A DNA stretch of 64,000 nucleotides from Leucoraja ocellata (lineage: Eukaryota). Positions 52,862-64,000 of the stretch are shown one piece after another. The stretch lies in NCBI GenBank assembly GCA_036785375.1, contig JAWMAR010000471.1, positions 1,364,001 to 1,428,000 of the forward strand, written 5' to 3'. The position numbers and the translations under genes were made by a program. Below the pieces are notes generated by a model. The model did not search any database. It was not told where the DNA came from and saw only the letters and a program-made list of their open reading frames with translations. The stretch's first letter is position 1. Each line of letters opens with the position of its first letter.

Positions 52862-54243
52862 CACAGCGGTGAACAACTCGACAAAAACCGCCCCCCTCCC
52901 CCAACCCATCAGCATACCAGGGGAGAACTGCGAACTCTGCAACCGGCCCACAGCAACGTGACTGAACACCTTCGGTCAGTCCGCCTGGAGCGACCTGATC
53001 TCCCGCTTGCCAAGCATTTTAATTCCCCTTCGCATTCCCACACAGACATTTCTGTCCCGGGCCTCCTCCAGGCTAAACTCAAATTGAAGGAACGGCACCT
53101 CATATCTCGCTTGGGTAGCTCACAACCCAGTGGTCTGGTCGGACAACGGAGACTTAAGAGTGACAATCTATTTTAGATTTGTGCAACCAAGTGGAACAGG
53201 TGTCGTTCTTGTAGGAGATATTTTTCTACCATTCTATGTTAATTGGTGTTACAAACGTTGAAATTCTATAGACACATAGAAACATAGACATTAGGTGCAG
53301 GAGTAGGCCATTCGGCCCTTCGAGCCTGCACCGCCATTCAATATGATCATGGCTGATCATCCAACTCAATATCCCGTGCCTGCCTTCTCTCCATACCCTC
53401 TGATCCCCTTAGCCACAAGGGCCACATCTAACTCCCTCTTAAATATAGCCAATGAACTGGCCTCAACTACCCTCTGTGGCAGAGAGTTCCAGACATTCAC
53501 CACTCTCTGTGTGAAAAAAGTTATTCTCATCTCGGTTTTAAAGGATTTTCCCCTTATCCTTAAGCTGTGACCCCTTGTCCTGGACTTCCCCAACATCGGG
53601 AGCATTCTTCTCATCTCGGTTCTTCTCATCAAAGATAGACACGAGGTGCTGGAGTAACTCGGCGGTAACTCTGGAGAGAAGGAATGGGTGACGTAGTCAA
53701 AAAGTCATTCTTTCCTTTGGTTCCTCCATTGTCAGAGTGTGAGGCCCAGCGCAAATTGGAGGGATGGCACCCCCTATTTCGCTTGGGCAGCTTACACCCC
53801 AGAAGTATGAACATTGACTTCTCTAACTTGAAGTAACACTTGCTTTCCCTCTCTCCCCATCCACCCCCCCTTTCCCAGTTGCCCGTCCAGGCTGACTGTT
53901 CTCCCCGATTGCATTTTATCTCTGTTTGCTTCGCTGTCACCTTGCCCCAGCTAACAGTGATCTACTCTATATTTCCCTGGACGCAGCATCTCTGTTGATG
54001 TATCGTTTTCACACCTTACACTTCCTCATCTCCGTGTCTCCCTCTCCCCTGACCCTCGGTCTGAAGAAGGGTCTCGACCCGAAATGTTACCCATTGGTCC
54101 TAGCCAGTGATGCTGCCAGTCCCGTTGAGTTATTCCAGCACTTTTTGTTCCTTTCATTCATTGGATTATTCCAGCATCTTCCGTGTAAACCAGCATCTGC
54201 AGTTCCTCCCCCCCACGACTTACTTTGACATTTGACTACTCAC

Positions 54244-54309
54244 CTGGTTCAACCAGCAACCTGGCGCCACCGCCGAAGGTGAGCGGTAACGACCCCCCGC
54301 CCGTTGGCA
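54244..54309 (-). CDS. TRAJ: J-alpha-type segment PTGGGSLPLTFGGGARLLVEP
   Basis: CACAGTG(54310)-12-GCAAGAATA (weak nonamer); FGXG; donor gtgagt. Confidence 0.9.
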
Positions 54310-54464
54310 CACAGTGTTTCAGCGCATTGCAAGAATAGGGTCCGCCCAGCGTCTCGGCAAGGGCGCCACCGGCGTTCAGAATTTCAAATCTTCCCCTTGT
54401 ATTTCCCGCCATTATACCCTGGCCCCAGCAAATGGATTGTCGCGAAACACCCCGCCGTCCACCC

Positions 54465-54598
54465 NNNNNNNNNNNNNNNNNNNNNNNNNNNNNNNNNNNN
54501 NNNNNNNNNNNNNNNNNNNNNNNNNNNNNNNNNNNNNNNNNNNNNNNNNNNNNNNNNNNNNNNNNNNNNNNNNNNNNNNNNNNNNNNNNNNNNNNNNN
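54465..54598. other. Assembly gap
   Basis: Run of N. Confidence 1.
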
Positions 54599-54963
54599 GT
54601 TTCCTTCCGCCCACAGTATTTAATATGTAAAAGAATATGTGATTCTGTTCCATTTTATTTGGTAGTTTGTTTGTTTGTCTTTTTGCACAAAGTCCGCGAG
54701 CATTGCCACTTTTCATTTCACTGCACATCTCGTATGTGTATGTGACGAATACACTTGACTTGACTTGACTGAATCTTTCGCCCCATAAAGGCTGATTTCA
54801 GAGTTACATGTGCCACATACAATTTGATATTGCAAGCCCCAATAATAACACGCAGCGAAATGCATTTCTCACGTCTCGGTGTGATCTCCCCTAGTTTTAA
54901 CCTAAGGGGATGCATTTTATATATAGTTGCATAGCTGCCATCAAATAACTTATTCGTACTTAC

Positions 54964-55029
54964 TGAGTTTCACTGATAGAATCGTCCCCTTTCCAAACGT
55001 TAACTTGTTGGCCGATCCACCGTAACTCA
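54964..55029 (-). CDS. TRAJ: J-alpha-type segment SYGGSANKLTFGKGTILSVKL
   Basis: CACGGCG(55030)-12-ACAAAAACC; FGXG; donor gtaagt. Confidence 0.94.
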
Positions 55030-58000
55030 CACGGCGTGGAAGACCCTTACAAAAACCTCAATTGATGCATCGAATCCAATGAAAGCGTCAACATAGTGCA
55101 TTGCCCCGTGTCGTAGAGTCGTTTACTTAGCACCAGCTACAGCCCTTTTAAACATCCGACTACCCCACGATGTGGAAAGCATGTTGGCCGGAAATATTAC
55201 CATCTGGTTTGGGAATTGCTCTGCCCAGGACAAGAAGGCTCTGCAGAGAGTAGTGCGTTCGGCCGAACAAACGCACTATGGGAACTTCACTTGCCCCCCT
55301 GCAGGAACTATACATCAGGAGGTTCAACTCCAGAGCCAATAAAATCATGGGATACCCCTTCCACCCCTGCAACGGACTGTTCCAGCTGCTACCGTCAGGC
55401 AAATGCGTCCGTTGCCATGCGGTGAGAACGGAGAGGTTGAGAAGGAGTTTCTTCCCAGAGGCCATTCGGACTGTAAACCCCTATGTCACCAGGGACTAAC
55501 TTTACTGAACGTTTTTCCTTCCGCCCCACAATATTTAATATGTAAAAGAATGTGTGATGGTGTTTATAGTTTGTTTGACGTTTTGCACAAAGTCCGCGAG
55601 CATTGCCACTTTTCATTTCACTGCCCATCTCGTATGTGTATGTGACGAATACACTTGACTTGACTTGACTTGACTTGGTGTTGCTGGTTAGAAGTGGGCG
55701 AGCCTTTCGCGATTATTACCGTCCATTCTTAACTCAATGGTAATAATTGGGCTGAAGAACGGTCTCGAACCAACACGTCGTCACCAGTTCCTTTTCTCCA
55801 GAGATGCTGCCTGACCGACTGAGACACTCCGGCATTTCGTGTCTATCTTCGGTAGTAACTGGTATGTTGGGTGATACCGCGTTATTTGCTTCTTGGAAGT
55901 TTGAGGGAATTCGCTATGTGGCCGGATGTTCTATGGACGTTCTGTGGGTTGCGGGAAATAGCATACTGATTGGATGCATTGCGACCAGGAATTAAAAGAG
56001 AGGGGTAGACACTGCTCGGAACTCCCAACCATCCAAAAAAAAAAATCTTGAGCCTCTGCCTCAAAATGGCAGTCAACATAATCGAAGTATTGGTCGCGTA
56101 ATTTGACGAAGGACATTCTTGCTATTGTGGGAGTGCAGCGTAGGTTTACAAGGTTAAGTCCCGGGATGGCGGGACTGTCATATGCTGAGAGAATGGAGCG
56201 GCTGGGCTTGTACACTCTGGAGTTTAGAAGGATGAGAGGGAATCTTATTGAAACGTATAGGATTATTAAGGGTTTGGACACGCTAGAGGCGGGAAACATG
56301 TTCCCGATGATGGGGGAGTCCAGAACCAGGGGCCACACACAGTTTAAGAATAAGGAGTAATCAATTTAGAACGGAGACGAGGAAACACTTTTTCTCACAG
56401 AGAGTGGTGAGTATGTGGAATTCTCTGCCTCGGAGGGCGGTGGAGGCAGATTCTCTGGATACTTTCAACAGAGAGCTAAATAGGGCTCTTAAAGATAGCG
56501 GAGGCAGGGGATATGGGGAGAAGGCAGGGGCGGGGCATTGATTGGGGATGATCAGCCATGATCACATTGAATGGCGGTGCTGGCTCGAAGGGCCTCTTTC
56601 CGCGCTGTATTTAAACTAAACTAAAACCTGCTCTCTCGTGTGTTCAGAATATCGGGAAAATGAGCACGGGACTCGATAGTTTGTCGCCAACTCTACTTGT
56701 GATACCCATATTGTTATCGGCCAGATCCTCTCTGCGTCTTGAGCAATCTTCAAAGCTTCACAGCCACACCCGGATAATCCCCACCACAATCCCCCACGTT
56801 CTCCCCTGAACTCTCCGATGTGAACCCGCTTCTTCGGTCAAGCTCTCCCCTCCCCCTGAACTCTGCAAACTAAATATGGATAAATGGCGGCAGTTTCCGC
56901 TATTTAGTATCGCGGGGAGAGATGTCATGTTAACAGTTCACGCAGAGAGAGGTGAATCCCTGGAACTCTCTGCCACAGAAGGTAGTTGAGGCCACAGTTC
57001 ATTGGCTACATTTAAGATGGAGTTAGATGTGGCCCTTGTGGCTAAAGGGGTCAGGGGGTATGGAGAGAAGGCAGGTACAGGATACATAGACACATAGAAA
57101 CATAGAATATAGGTGCAGGAGTAGGCCATTCGGCCCTTCGAGCCTGCACCGCCATTTGATATGATCATGGCTGATCATCCAACTCAGTATCCCATCCCTG
57201 CCTTCTCTCCATACCCCCTGATCCCTTTAGCCACAAGGGCCACATCTAACTCCCTCTTAAATATAGCCAATGAACTGGCCTCAACTACCTTCTGTGCCAG
57301 AGAATTCCACAGATTCACCACTCTCTGTGTTAAAAATGATTTCCTCATCTCGGTCCTAAAAGTCTTCCCTCTTATCCTTAAACTGTGACCCCTAGTTCTG
57401 GACTTCCCCAACATCGGGAACAATCTTCCTGCATCTAGCGTGTCCAACCCCTTAAGAACCTGCAGAGAATTCCACAGACTCACCACTCTCTGTGAAAAAA
57501 AGTGTTTCCTCGTCTCCGTTCTAAATGACGTACTCCTTATTCTTATACTGTGTGTGGCCCCTGGTTCTGGAGTCATGTCCCTTGTCATCATTGCGTTTCC
57601 GTTTCTGTGAACACTGGTGTATCAAAATGTCCGACCCCTTGGTAAGAGGTCAGATATTAGACTAACTGTCTACAATGCAAAGCTAAAATAAAACCAGGCT
57701 AGGATTTCAGGTCATGGCATTAAACTAGTCCCAAATGTTTGCATTTTGAACGACAACTCACCGGCCACTTGTTTTAAGCCGGATGCTCCAGGACCAGCCT
57801 GTCGAAGGGTTTCGACTCGAAACGTCGCCCATCCCATCCATTCCCTCCACAAATGATGCCTTATGCCCCTGTCCCACTTAGGAAACCTCCACGGAAACCT
57901 CTGGAGACTTTGCGCCCCACCCAAGGTTTCCGTGCGGTTCCCGGAGGTTGCCGGAGGTTGCAGGTAGTGGAAGCAGACTGACAAAAACCTCCGGGAACCG

Positions 58001-58157
58001 CAAGGAAACCTTGGGTAGGGCACAAAGTCTCCAGAGGTTTCCGTTCAGGTTTCCTAAGTGGGACTGGGGCTTAACTCGCTGAATTACTCCGGCACATGAT
58101 GTTTATTTAACAGGCAGTTCGTTCATTCCCCGTTTAGTTCCCCGTGTAGACCACTTA

Positions 58158-58219
58158 GTGCACCACGTCTGCAGTCCGGTGGAAGAGCAACTTTCCAATT
58201 CCACGCCCTGATGCCTTCA
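58158..58219 (-). pseudogene. Possible pseudo-J at the 5' edge of the J array
   Basis: Encodes KASGRGIGKLLF (compare DASSGIGKLTF at 35.1 kb) but lacks GXG; the donor reads c|taagt and the RSS is degenerate. Confidence 0.4.
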
Positions 58220-59352
58220 CCGCAGCTTCGGAAATGTTCCATCACCGCCCACCCAGCCTCCTGGTCGAGAGCTTGTGCCAGATTCCAGAAGAAGGGTCTC
58301 GACCAGAAACATCACCTATCCATGGTTCCCAGAGATGCCGAGATGCTTTCCTGACATGCTGAGCTGCTCCACAATTTTGTGTGTTATTTCCAGATTCCAC
58401 CTACGCGCTGAGGCCCAATAACCATATAACCATATAACCATATAACAATTACAGCACGGAAACAGGCCATCTCGGCCCTACAATTCCGTGCCGAACAACT
58501 TTTTTTCCCCTTAGTCCCACCTGCCTGCACTCATACCATAACCCTCCATTCCCTTCCCTGTATCAATCACCACCGAAAGCATATCAATTGATTGACCTCC
58601 ACAGCCTTCTGTGCAATGAATTCCACATATTCACCACCCTCTATTATCCCCAGAATGGGAAAGTATTCGGGTGCAGGTGTGAGTGTGTTAAATTAAACCC
58701 GGGGCGGCGACTGCGGGTGCTCGGAAGGCCCCGACCACGGATGAACACGGAGGGGAGGCTGGCTGGACTATGGTGCCATCCTCACCTTGGTGCCATTTAT
58801 GTTATGTTGTGTCGTGGATTTTCTGTGTTTGTGCTTTTTTTTAATTTCAATTTCAATTTTATTTTTAATATGTTTTATTATTTATTTATTATTATTATTA
58901 TTTTTTTTTAATTTTTTTTTTTTTAATTTTTTTTAATGATTTTTTTTATGATACTGCCTGTAAGGGAAATTCATTTCGTTGTCTCAAATTGAGACAATGA
59001 CAATAAATTTGAATACAATACAATACAATACATTTTGTGTCTATCTCCGGTGTAAACCAGCATCAGCAGTTCCTTCCTACAAGTGAGAGTTGGCGGATCC
59101 TGCCGTCTCAGTCTCTGGGCCCCCGGTTCGACGCGGACTGGGAAGTTTCCGAGGGGCAGCGTGTCTCAAAGCAGGTCCGATTGGGGTCCGGTGCAACTGT
59201 TGTTTATTCTCGGGCGTGAAATGGTGAAGGCTTGTTGATCGGTTGTGTTCTTGGATCAAGTACCACGCAGTTGATAGTGTCACAGCAAAACGCACTATTC
59301 CGTTGCCAAAAACCCTCTCGCTCCATCGACGTATTGAAGGAGCGCCGCACCG

Positions 59353-59366
59353 CCGCTAGGGAGCAG
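59353..59366 (+). promoter_or_regulatory. Candidate CTCF-binding site
   Basis: CCGCTAGGGAGCAG, one mismatch to the CTCF core, in unique sequence upstream of the J array. Confidence 0.45.
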
Positions 59367-61180
59367 CAGAGCCCATAGGCTGTATCATTACTGGCCAGGA
59401 TTTTGCCATAAATGCCACGTGTCTTTTCGTGCCTTTTTTGATGATTTCACCAAGATAATGCCTTTTTCACGATCGAGTGCACAAAGCCTTTTTTTTGGCC
59501 GATTTGCTAAAAGGCCGTGCCATTTTCTCTAGTTGTACCGTGATTACAGCTTAAGGATAAGGGGGAAATCCTTTAGAACCGAGATGAGGAGAACTTTTTT
59601 CACACAGAGAGTGGTGAATCTCTGGAACTCTCTGCCACATAGGGTAGTTGAGGCCAGTTCATTGGCTATATTTAAGAGGGAGTTAGATGTGGCCCTTGTG
59701 TCCAGGGGGATCAGAGGGTATGGAGAGAAGGCAGGTACGGGATACTGAGTTGGATGATCAGCCATGATCATATTGAATGGCGGTGCAGGCTCGAAGGGCC
59801 GAATGGCCTACTCCTGCACCTAATTTCTATGTTTCTATGTTTCTATTACAATGACATTTTCTATGTTACATAGAAAGATAGACACATAGAAAATAGGTGC
59901 AGGAGTAGGCCATTCGGCCCTTCGAGCCTGCACCGCCATTCAATATGATCATGGCTGATCATCCAACTCAGTATCCTGTACCTGCCTTCTCTCTATACCC
60001 CCTGATACCTTTAGCCACAAGGGCCACATCTAACTCCCACTTAAATATTGCCAATGAACTGTGGCCTCAACTACCTTCTGCGGCAGAGAGTTCCAGAGAT
60101 TCACCACTTTCTGTGTGAAAAATGTTTTTCTCATCTCGATCCTAAAGGATTTCCCTTTTATCCTTAAACTGTGACAACTTGTCCTGGGCTTTCCCAACAT
60201 CGGGAACATTCTTTCTGCATCTAGCCTGTCCAACCCCTTAAGAATGTTGTGAGTTTCTATAAGACCCCCCCTCAATCTTCTAAATTCTAATAACATTAAC
60301 GTTAACACGTCAATATTAATGTTATTATTAAGGTGGTAACATAGTATAAATTTCAAGAACATTCCTCGGAGTCGCAAGAAATCCAGTAAACATGACACAA
60401 ACCAACCTCCCTTCCATTGACTCCATTTGTACCTCACGCTGTCTCGGCAAGGCCAGCAGCATGATCAAGGACGGGTCGCACCCTGGCCACTCCCTCTTCT
60501 CCCCTCTCCCATTGGGGCATGTGGTATAGAAGTGTGAAAACGCACACCTCCAGATTCAGGGACAGCTTCTTCCAAGCTGTTATCAGGCAATTGGATCATC
60601 CTACCTCAACCAGAGAGCAGTGCTGAACTACTATCTACCTCCTTGGTAACCTTCGGACTATCCTTGATCAGGCTTTGCTGGCTTTACCTTGCACTAAACG
60701 TTATTGCCTTATAGAAACATAGAAAATAGGTGCAGGAGTAGGCCATTCGGCCCTTCGAGCCTGCACCGCCATTCAATATGATCATGGCTGATCATCCAAC
60801 TCAGTATCCTGTACCTGCCTTCTCTCCATACCCCCTGACCCCTTTAGCCACAAGGGCCACATCTAACTCTCTCTTAAATATAGTCAATGAACTGTGGCCT
60901 CAACTACCTTCTGCGGGAGAGAATTCCACAGATTCACCACTCTCTGTGTGAAAAATGTTTTCCTCGTCTCGGTTCTAAAAGATTTCCCCCTTATCCTTAA
61001 ACTGTGACCCCTTGTTCTGGATCATGTATCTATACACTGAATGGCACGTTTGTAATCATGTATTGTCTTTCTGCTGACTGGATAGCACGCAACAAACGCT
61101 TTTCACTGCACCTCGGTACACGTGACAATAGACTAAGCTGTAACCTGTAAATTCACAAACAGATAATTGAGCCTTCTGCA

Positions 61181-61250
61181 TGTGGCGCCATGTGACGTCA
61201 CTTCCGCCATGCGCACAACAATCACATTCCCCTTTGCCTCATCAAATCAA
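61181..61250. promoter_or_regulatory. Candidate T-cell promoter/enhancer (RUNX-CRE-ETS-TCF motif cluster)
   Basis: TGTGGC (61181), perfect TGACGTCA (61193-61200), overlapping CACTTCCG, CCGCCAT and CCCTTTG (~61230) in a short non-repeat island. Confidence 0.45.
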
Positions 61251-62865
61251 ATTTAATCAAATTTATTCATAAAGCACATTTAAAAACAACCCACGTTGAC
61301 CAACGTGCTGTACACACAAAGTACAAAGTGTTGTACAGACCAGAGCAGGGAGCTAAAGTCACAAAAAGGAACAGACATACACGGGAATATACACAGCACA
61401 TAGGTACAAATAATCTGCTTAAAGACACGAAACAAAGATCAGCCACATCAGGGGGATTCAAACGCCAGTGAATAAAGATAAGTTTTGAGCCTGGACTGAA
61501 AACCATATATAACTATAACCATATAACAATTACAGCACGGAAACAGGCCATCTCGGCCCTACAAGTCCGTGCCGACACAATTTTTTTTCCCTTAGTCCCA
61601 CCTGCCTGCACTCATACCATAACCCTCCATTCCCTTCCCATCCATATGCCTATCCAATGTATTTTTAAATGATACCAACGAACCTGCCTCCACCACTTCC
61701 ACTGGAAGCTCATTCCACACCGCTACCACTCTCTGAGTAAAGAAGTTCCCCCTCATGTTACCCCTAAACCTCTGTCCCTTAATTCTGAAGTCATGTCCTC
61801 TTGTTTGAATCTTCCTTATTCTCAAAGGGAAAAGCTTGTCCACATCAACTCTGTCTATCCCTCTCATCATTTTAAAGACCTCTATCAAGTCCCCCCTTAA
61901 ACTTCTGCGTTCCAGAGAATAAAGATCTAACTTATTCAACCTATCTCTGTAACTAAGTTGTTGAAACCCAGGTAACATTCTAGCAAATCTCCTCTGTACT
62001 CTCTCTATTTTGTTGACATCCTTCCTATAATTGGGCGACCAAAATTGTACACCATACTCCAGATTTGGTCTCACCAATGCCTTGTACAATTTTAACATCA
62101 CATCCCAGCTTCTATACTCAATGCTCTGATGCTCTGAAAAGAGTCGATGGTGGGGGCAGATCTGATTGCGAGGGGAGGATGCTGTTCCACAGTCTAGGGG
62201 CCGCAACAGCAAAGGCACGGTCACCCCTGAGCTTAATTGTAGTTCGCGGGACAGCCAGGAGCCCCAAGTCGGCCGACCAGAGGGACCTGGAGGTAGAGTA
62301 ATGCCCCTGTCCCACTTAGGAAACCTGAACGGAAACCTCTGGAGGCTTTGCGCCCCACACAAGGTTTCCGCGCGGTTGCCGGAGGTTGCAGGTAGTGGAT
62401 GCAGGTCGGGAGACTGGCAAAAACCTCCGGGAACCGCACGGAAACCTTGGGTGGGGCACAAAGTCTCCTGAGGTTTCCTAAGTGGGACAGGGGCATTAGG
62501 ATACGTATATACATTATGAGAGGAAAAGATAGGATAGACAGTCAGACCTTCTTCCCCCAGGATTGAAATGTCAAATGATAAAAGGCACAGCAGCACACAG
62601 CAGTTGGAGCACCCAGAGAAAACCTGCACATTCACAAAAGGAACGCGCAAACTCCCCACAGATGCAACAAGTGGTCAGGATTAAACCCTGGTCTATGATG
62701 CTGCGTCTCTACTGCTTGGGCCACTTCGCTCATTAATGGATTCCTCAGTGGTCACTTTGGTGGCAATGAGATATTGGTGTTTTTCGGTGCTACTCTGCTG
62801 CCTCAGGCTTCTGACCCAAGGAGAATTCTTGGAATTATTTTGCTCAAAGGGTGCCAGATATATAA

Positions 62866-63391
62866 ACATAGAAACATAGAAAATAGGTGCAGGAGTAGGC
62901 CATTCGCCCCTTCGAGCCTGCACCGCCATTCAATATGATTATGGCTGATCATCCAACTCAGTATCCTGTACCTGCCTTCTCTCCATACCCCCTGATCCCT
63001 TTAGCCACAAGGGCCACATTTAACTCCCTCTTAAATATAGCCAATGAACTGTGTGGCCTCAACTACCTTCTGTGGCAGAGGAATCCAGAGATTCACCACT
63101 CTCTGTGTGAAAAATGTTTTTCTCACTTCGGTCCTAAAATATTTCCCCCTTATCCTTAAACTGTGACCCCTTGTTCTGGACTTCCCCAACATCAGGAACA
63201 ATCGTCCTGCATCTAGCCTGTCCAACCCCTTAAGAATGTTGTAAGTTTCTATAAGATCCCCCCTCAATCTTCTAAATTCTAGCGAGTACAAGCCGAGTCT
63301 ATCCAGTCTTTCTTCGTGTGAAAGTCCTGACATCACAGGGATCAGTCTGGTGAACTTTCTCTGTACTCCCTCTATGGCAAGGATGTCCTTC
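62866..63391 (-). mobile_element. CR1-clade LINE 3' fragment
   Basis: ORF 63031-63336; tail present. Confidence 0.9.
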
Positions 63392-63910
63392 CGCCCGGGG
63401 TTACCGAGGGTGATGAGATGGAGGGTCGGTGGGTGGACAACTACAGCAGGGGTACGACATGTGAATGGCGGTGTAGGGTCGAAGGGCCGAATGGCCTACT
63501 CCTGCACCTATTTCTATGTTCTATGACAGGTTACATGTGGAGTGACGGACGGAGAACTATCATGCGATAGAACCGCAGCCAGGCTCCTGACAGGTACCCG
63601 GAAGAGGGACCATATTACCCACATTCTGGCCTCACTCCACCGGCTGCCGGTAGGAGATGAGCGGGGCAGGTTTTCAACACAGGTTGTAGTGGGTGCCTGG
63701 CACACGCTGCCAAGGGGTGGTGGCCCAGCCTTGTACGATAATGGGAATTAAAGGACACGGTCAGTTGGAGGATGGGGCTCGGAACTACATTCACGGTATT
63801 CCGCCCCTCCTCGCCCCCCCCCCCCCCCCCCCCCCGCGCAACCCGCCACAGTCGACCACCTTTCATAGGGCGGAAGAACGATTGATGTACAAATGACACG
63901 CGCAGATCTT

Positions 63911-63924
63911 CCACCAGAGGGCGC
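63911..63924 (+). promoter_or_regulatory. Candidate CTCF-binding site
   Basis: CCACCAGAGGGCGC matches the canonical CTCF core. Confidence 0.6.
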
Positions 63925-64000
63925 AGCTGTCAATGCACGGTGGCGGCATGTCCAGTGCAACACAACACATTGGAGCACTGCATTGAATCCCTGGTACCTC

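Noticed and set aside
57712-57800. TFGTS and GPG..gtgag J-like fragments
   Set aside because: No coherent FGXG plus donor in one frame and no RSS.
59281-59314. CACAGCA...CCAAAAACC RSS-like pair
   Set aside because: Spacer is 18 bp (neither 12 nor 23) and there is no adjacent V or J coding motif.
61592-62659. 355-aa ORF
   Set aside because: Chance read-through of nested MITE and LINE fragments, not a host gene.

Overview
Repeat-dense vertebrate genomic DNA, most likely a cartilaginous fish (skate/ray; inferred from repeat families and V types), containing part of a T-cell receptor alpha/delta locus transcribed mainly on the minus strand. Order along the minus strand (right to left): (1) candidate regulatory sites (CTCF motifs; a RUNX/CRE/ETS/TCF cluster at 61.2 kb); (2) a possible pseudo-J; (3) 13 J-alpha-type segments, each with a 12-bp RSS, an FGXG motif and a phase-1 splice donor (55.0 to 32.6 kb); (4) a frameshifted pseudo-V (25.7 kb); (5) an intact inverted TCR-type V on the plus strand (leader 18.2 kb, V exon 23.4-23.6 kb, 23-RSS) plus a truncated copy of it; (6) an intact immunoglobulin-like V (leader 14.1 kb, V exon 11.4-11.7 kb, 22-bp RSS); (7) two TCR-delta-type D segments with 12/23 RSS (2.95 and 1.78 kb); (8) a degenerate J (1.45 kb). 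No constant-region exon was found. The unusual point is that an Ig-like V-D-D-J cassette lies DOWNSTREAM of a J-alpha array with no C-alpha between them, although a 200-N gap at 30.3 kb separates the two blocks and could be a scaffolding artefact. The rest is mostly 5'-truncated CR1-clade LINEs, L1 and Rex-type fragments, tRNA-SINEs, Penelope remnants with hammerhead ribozyme cores, MITEs and one solo LTR. Most ORFs in the supplied track are fragments of these repeats. Transposon boundaries given are approximate unless a TSD or TIR is cited.
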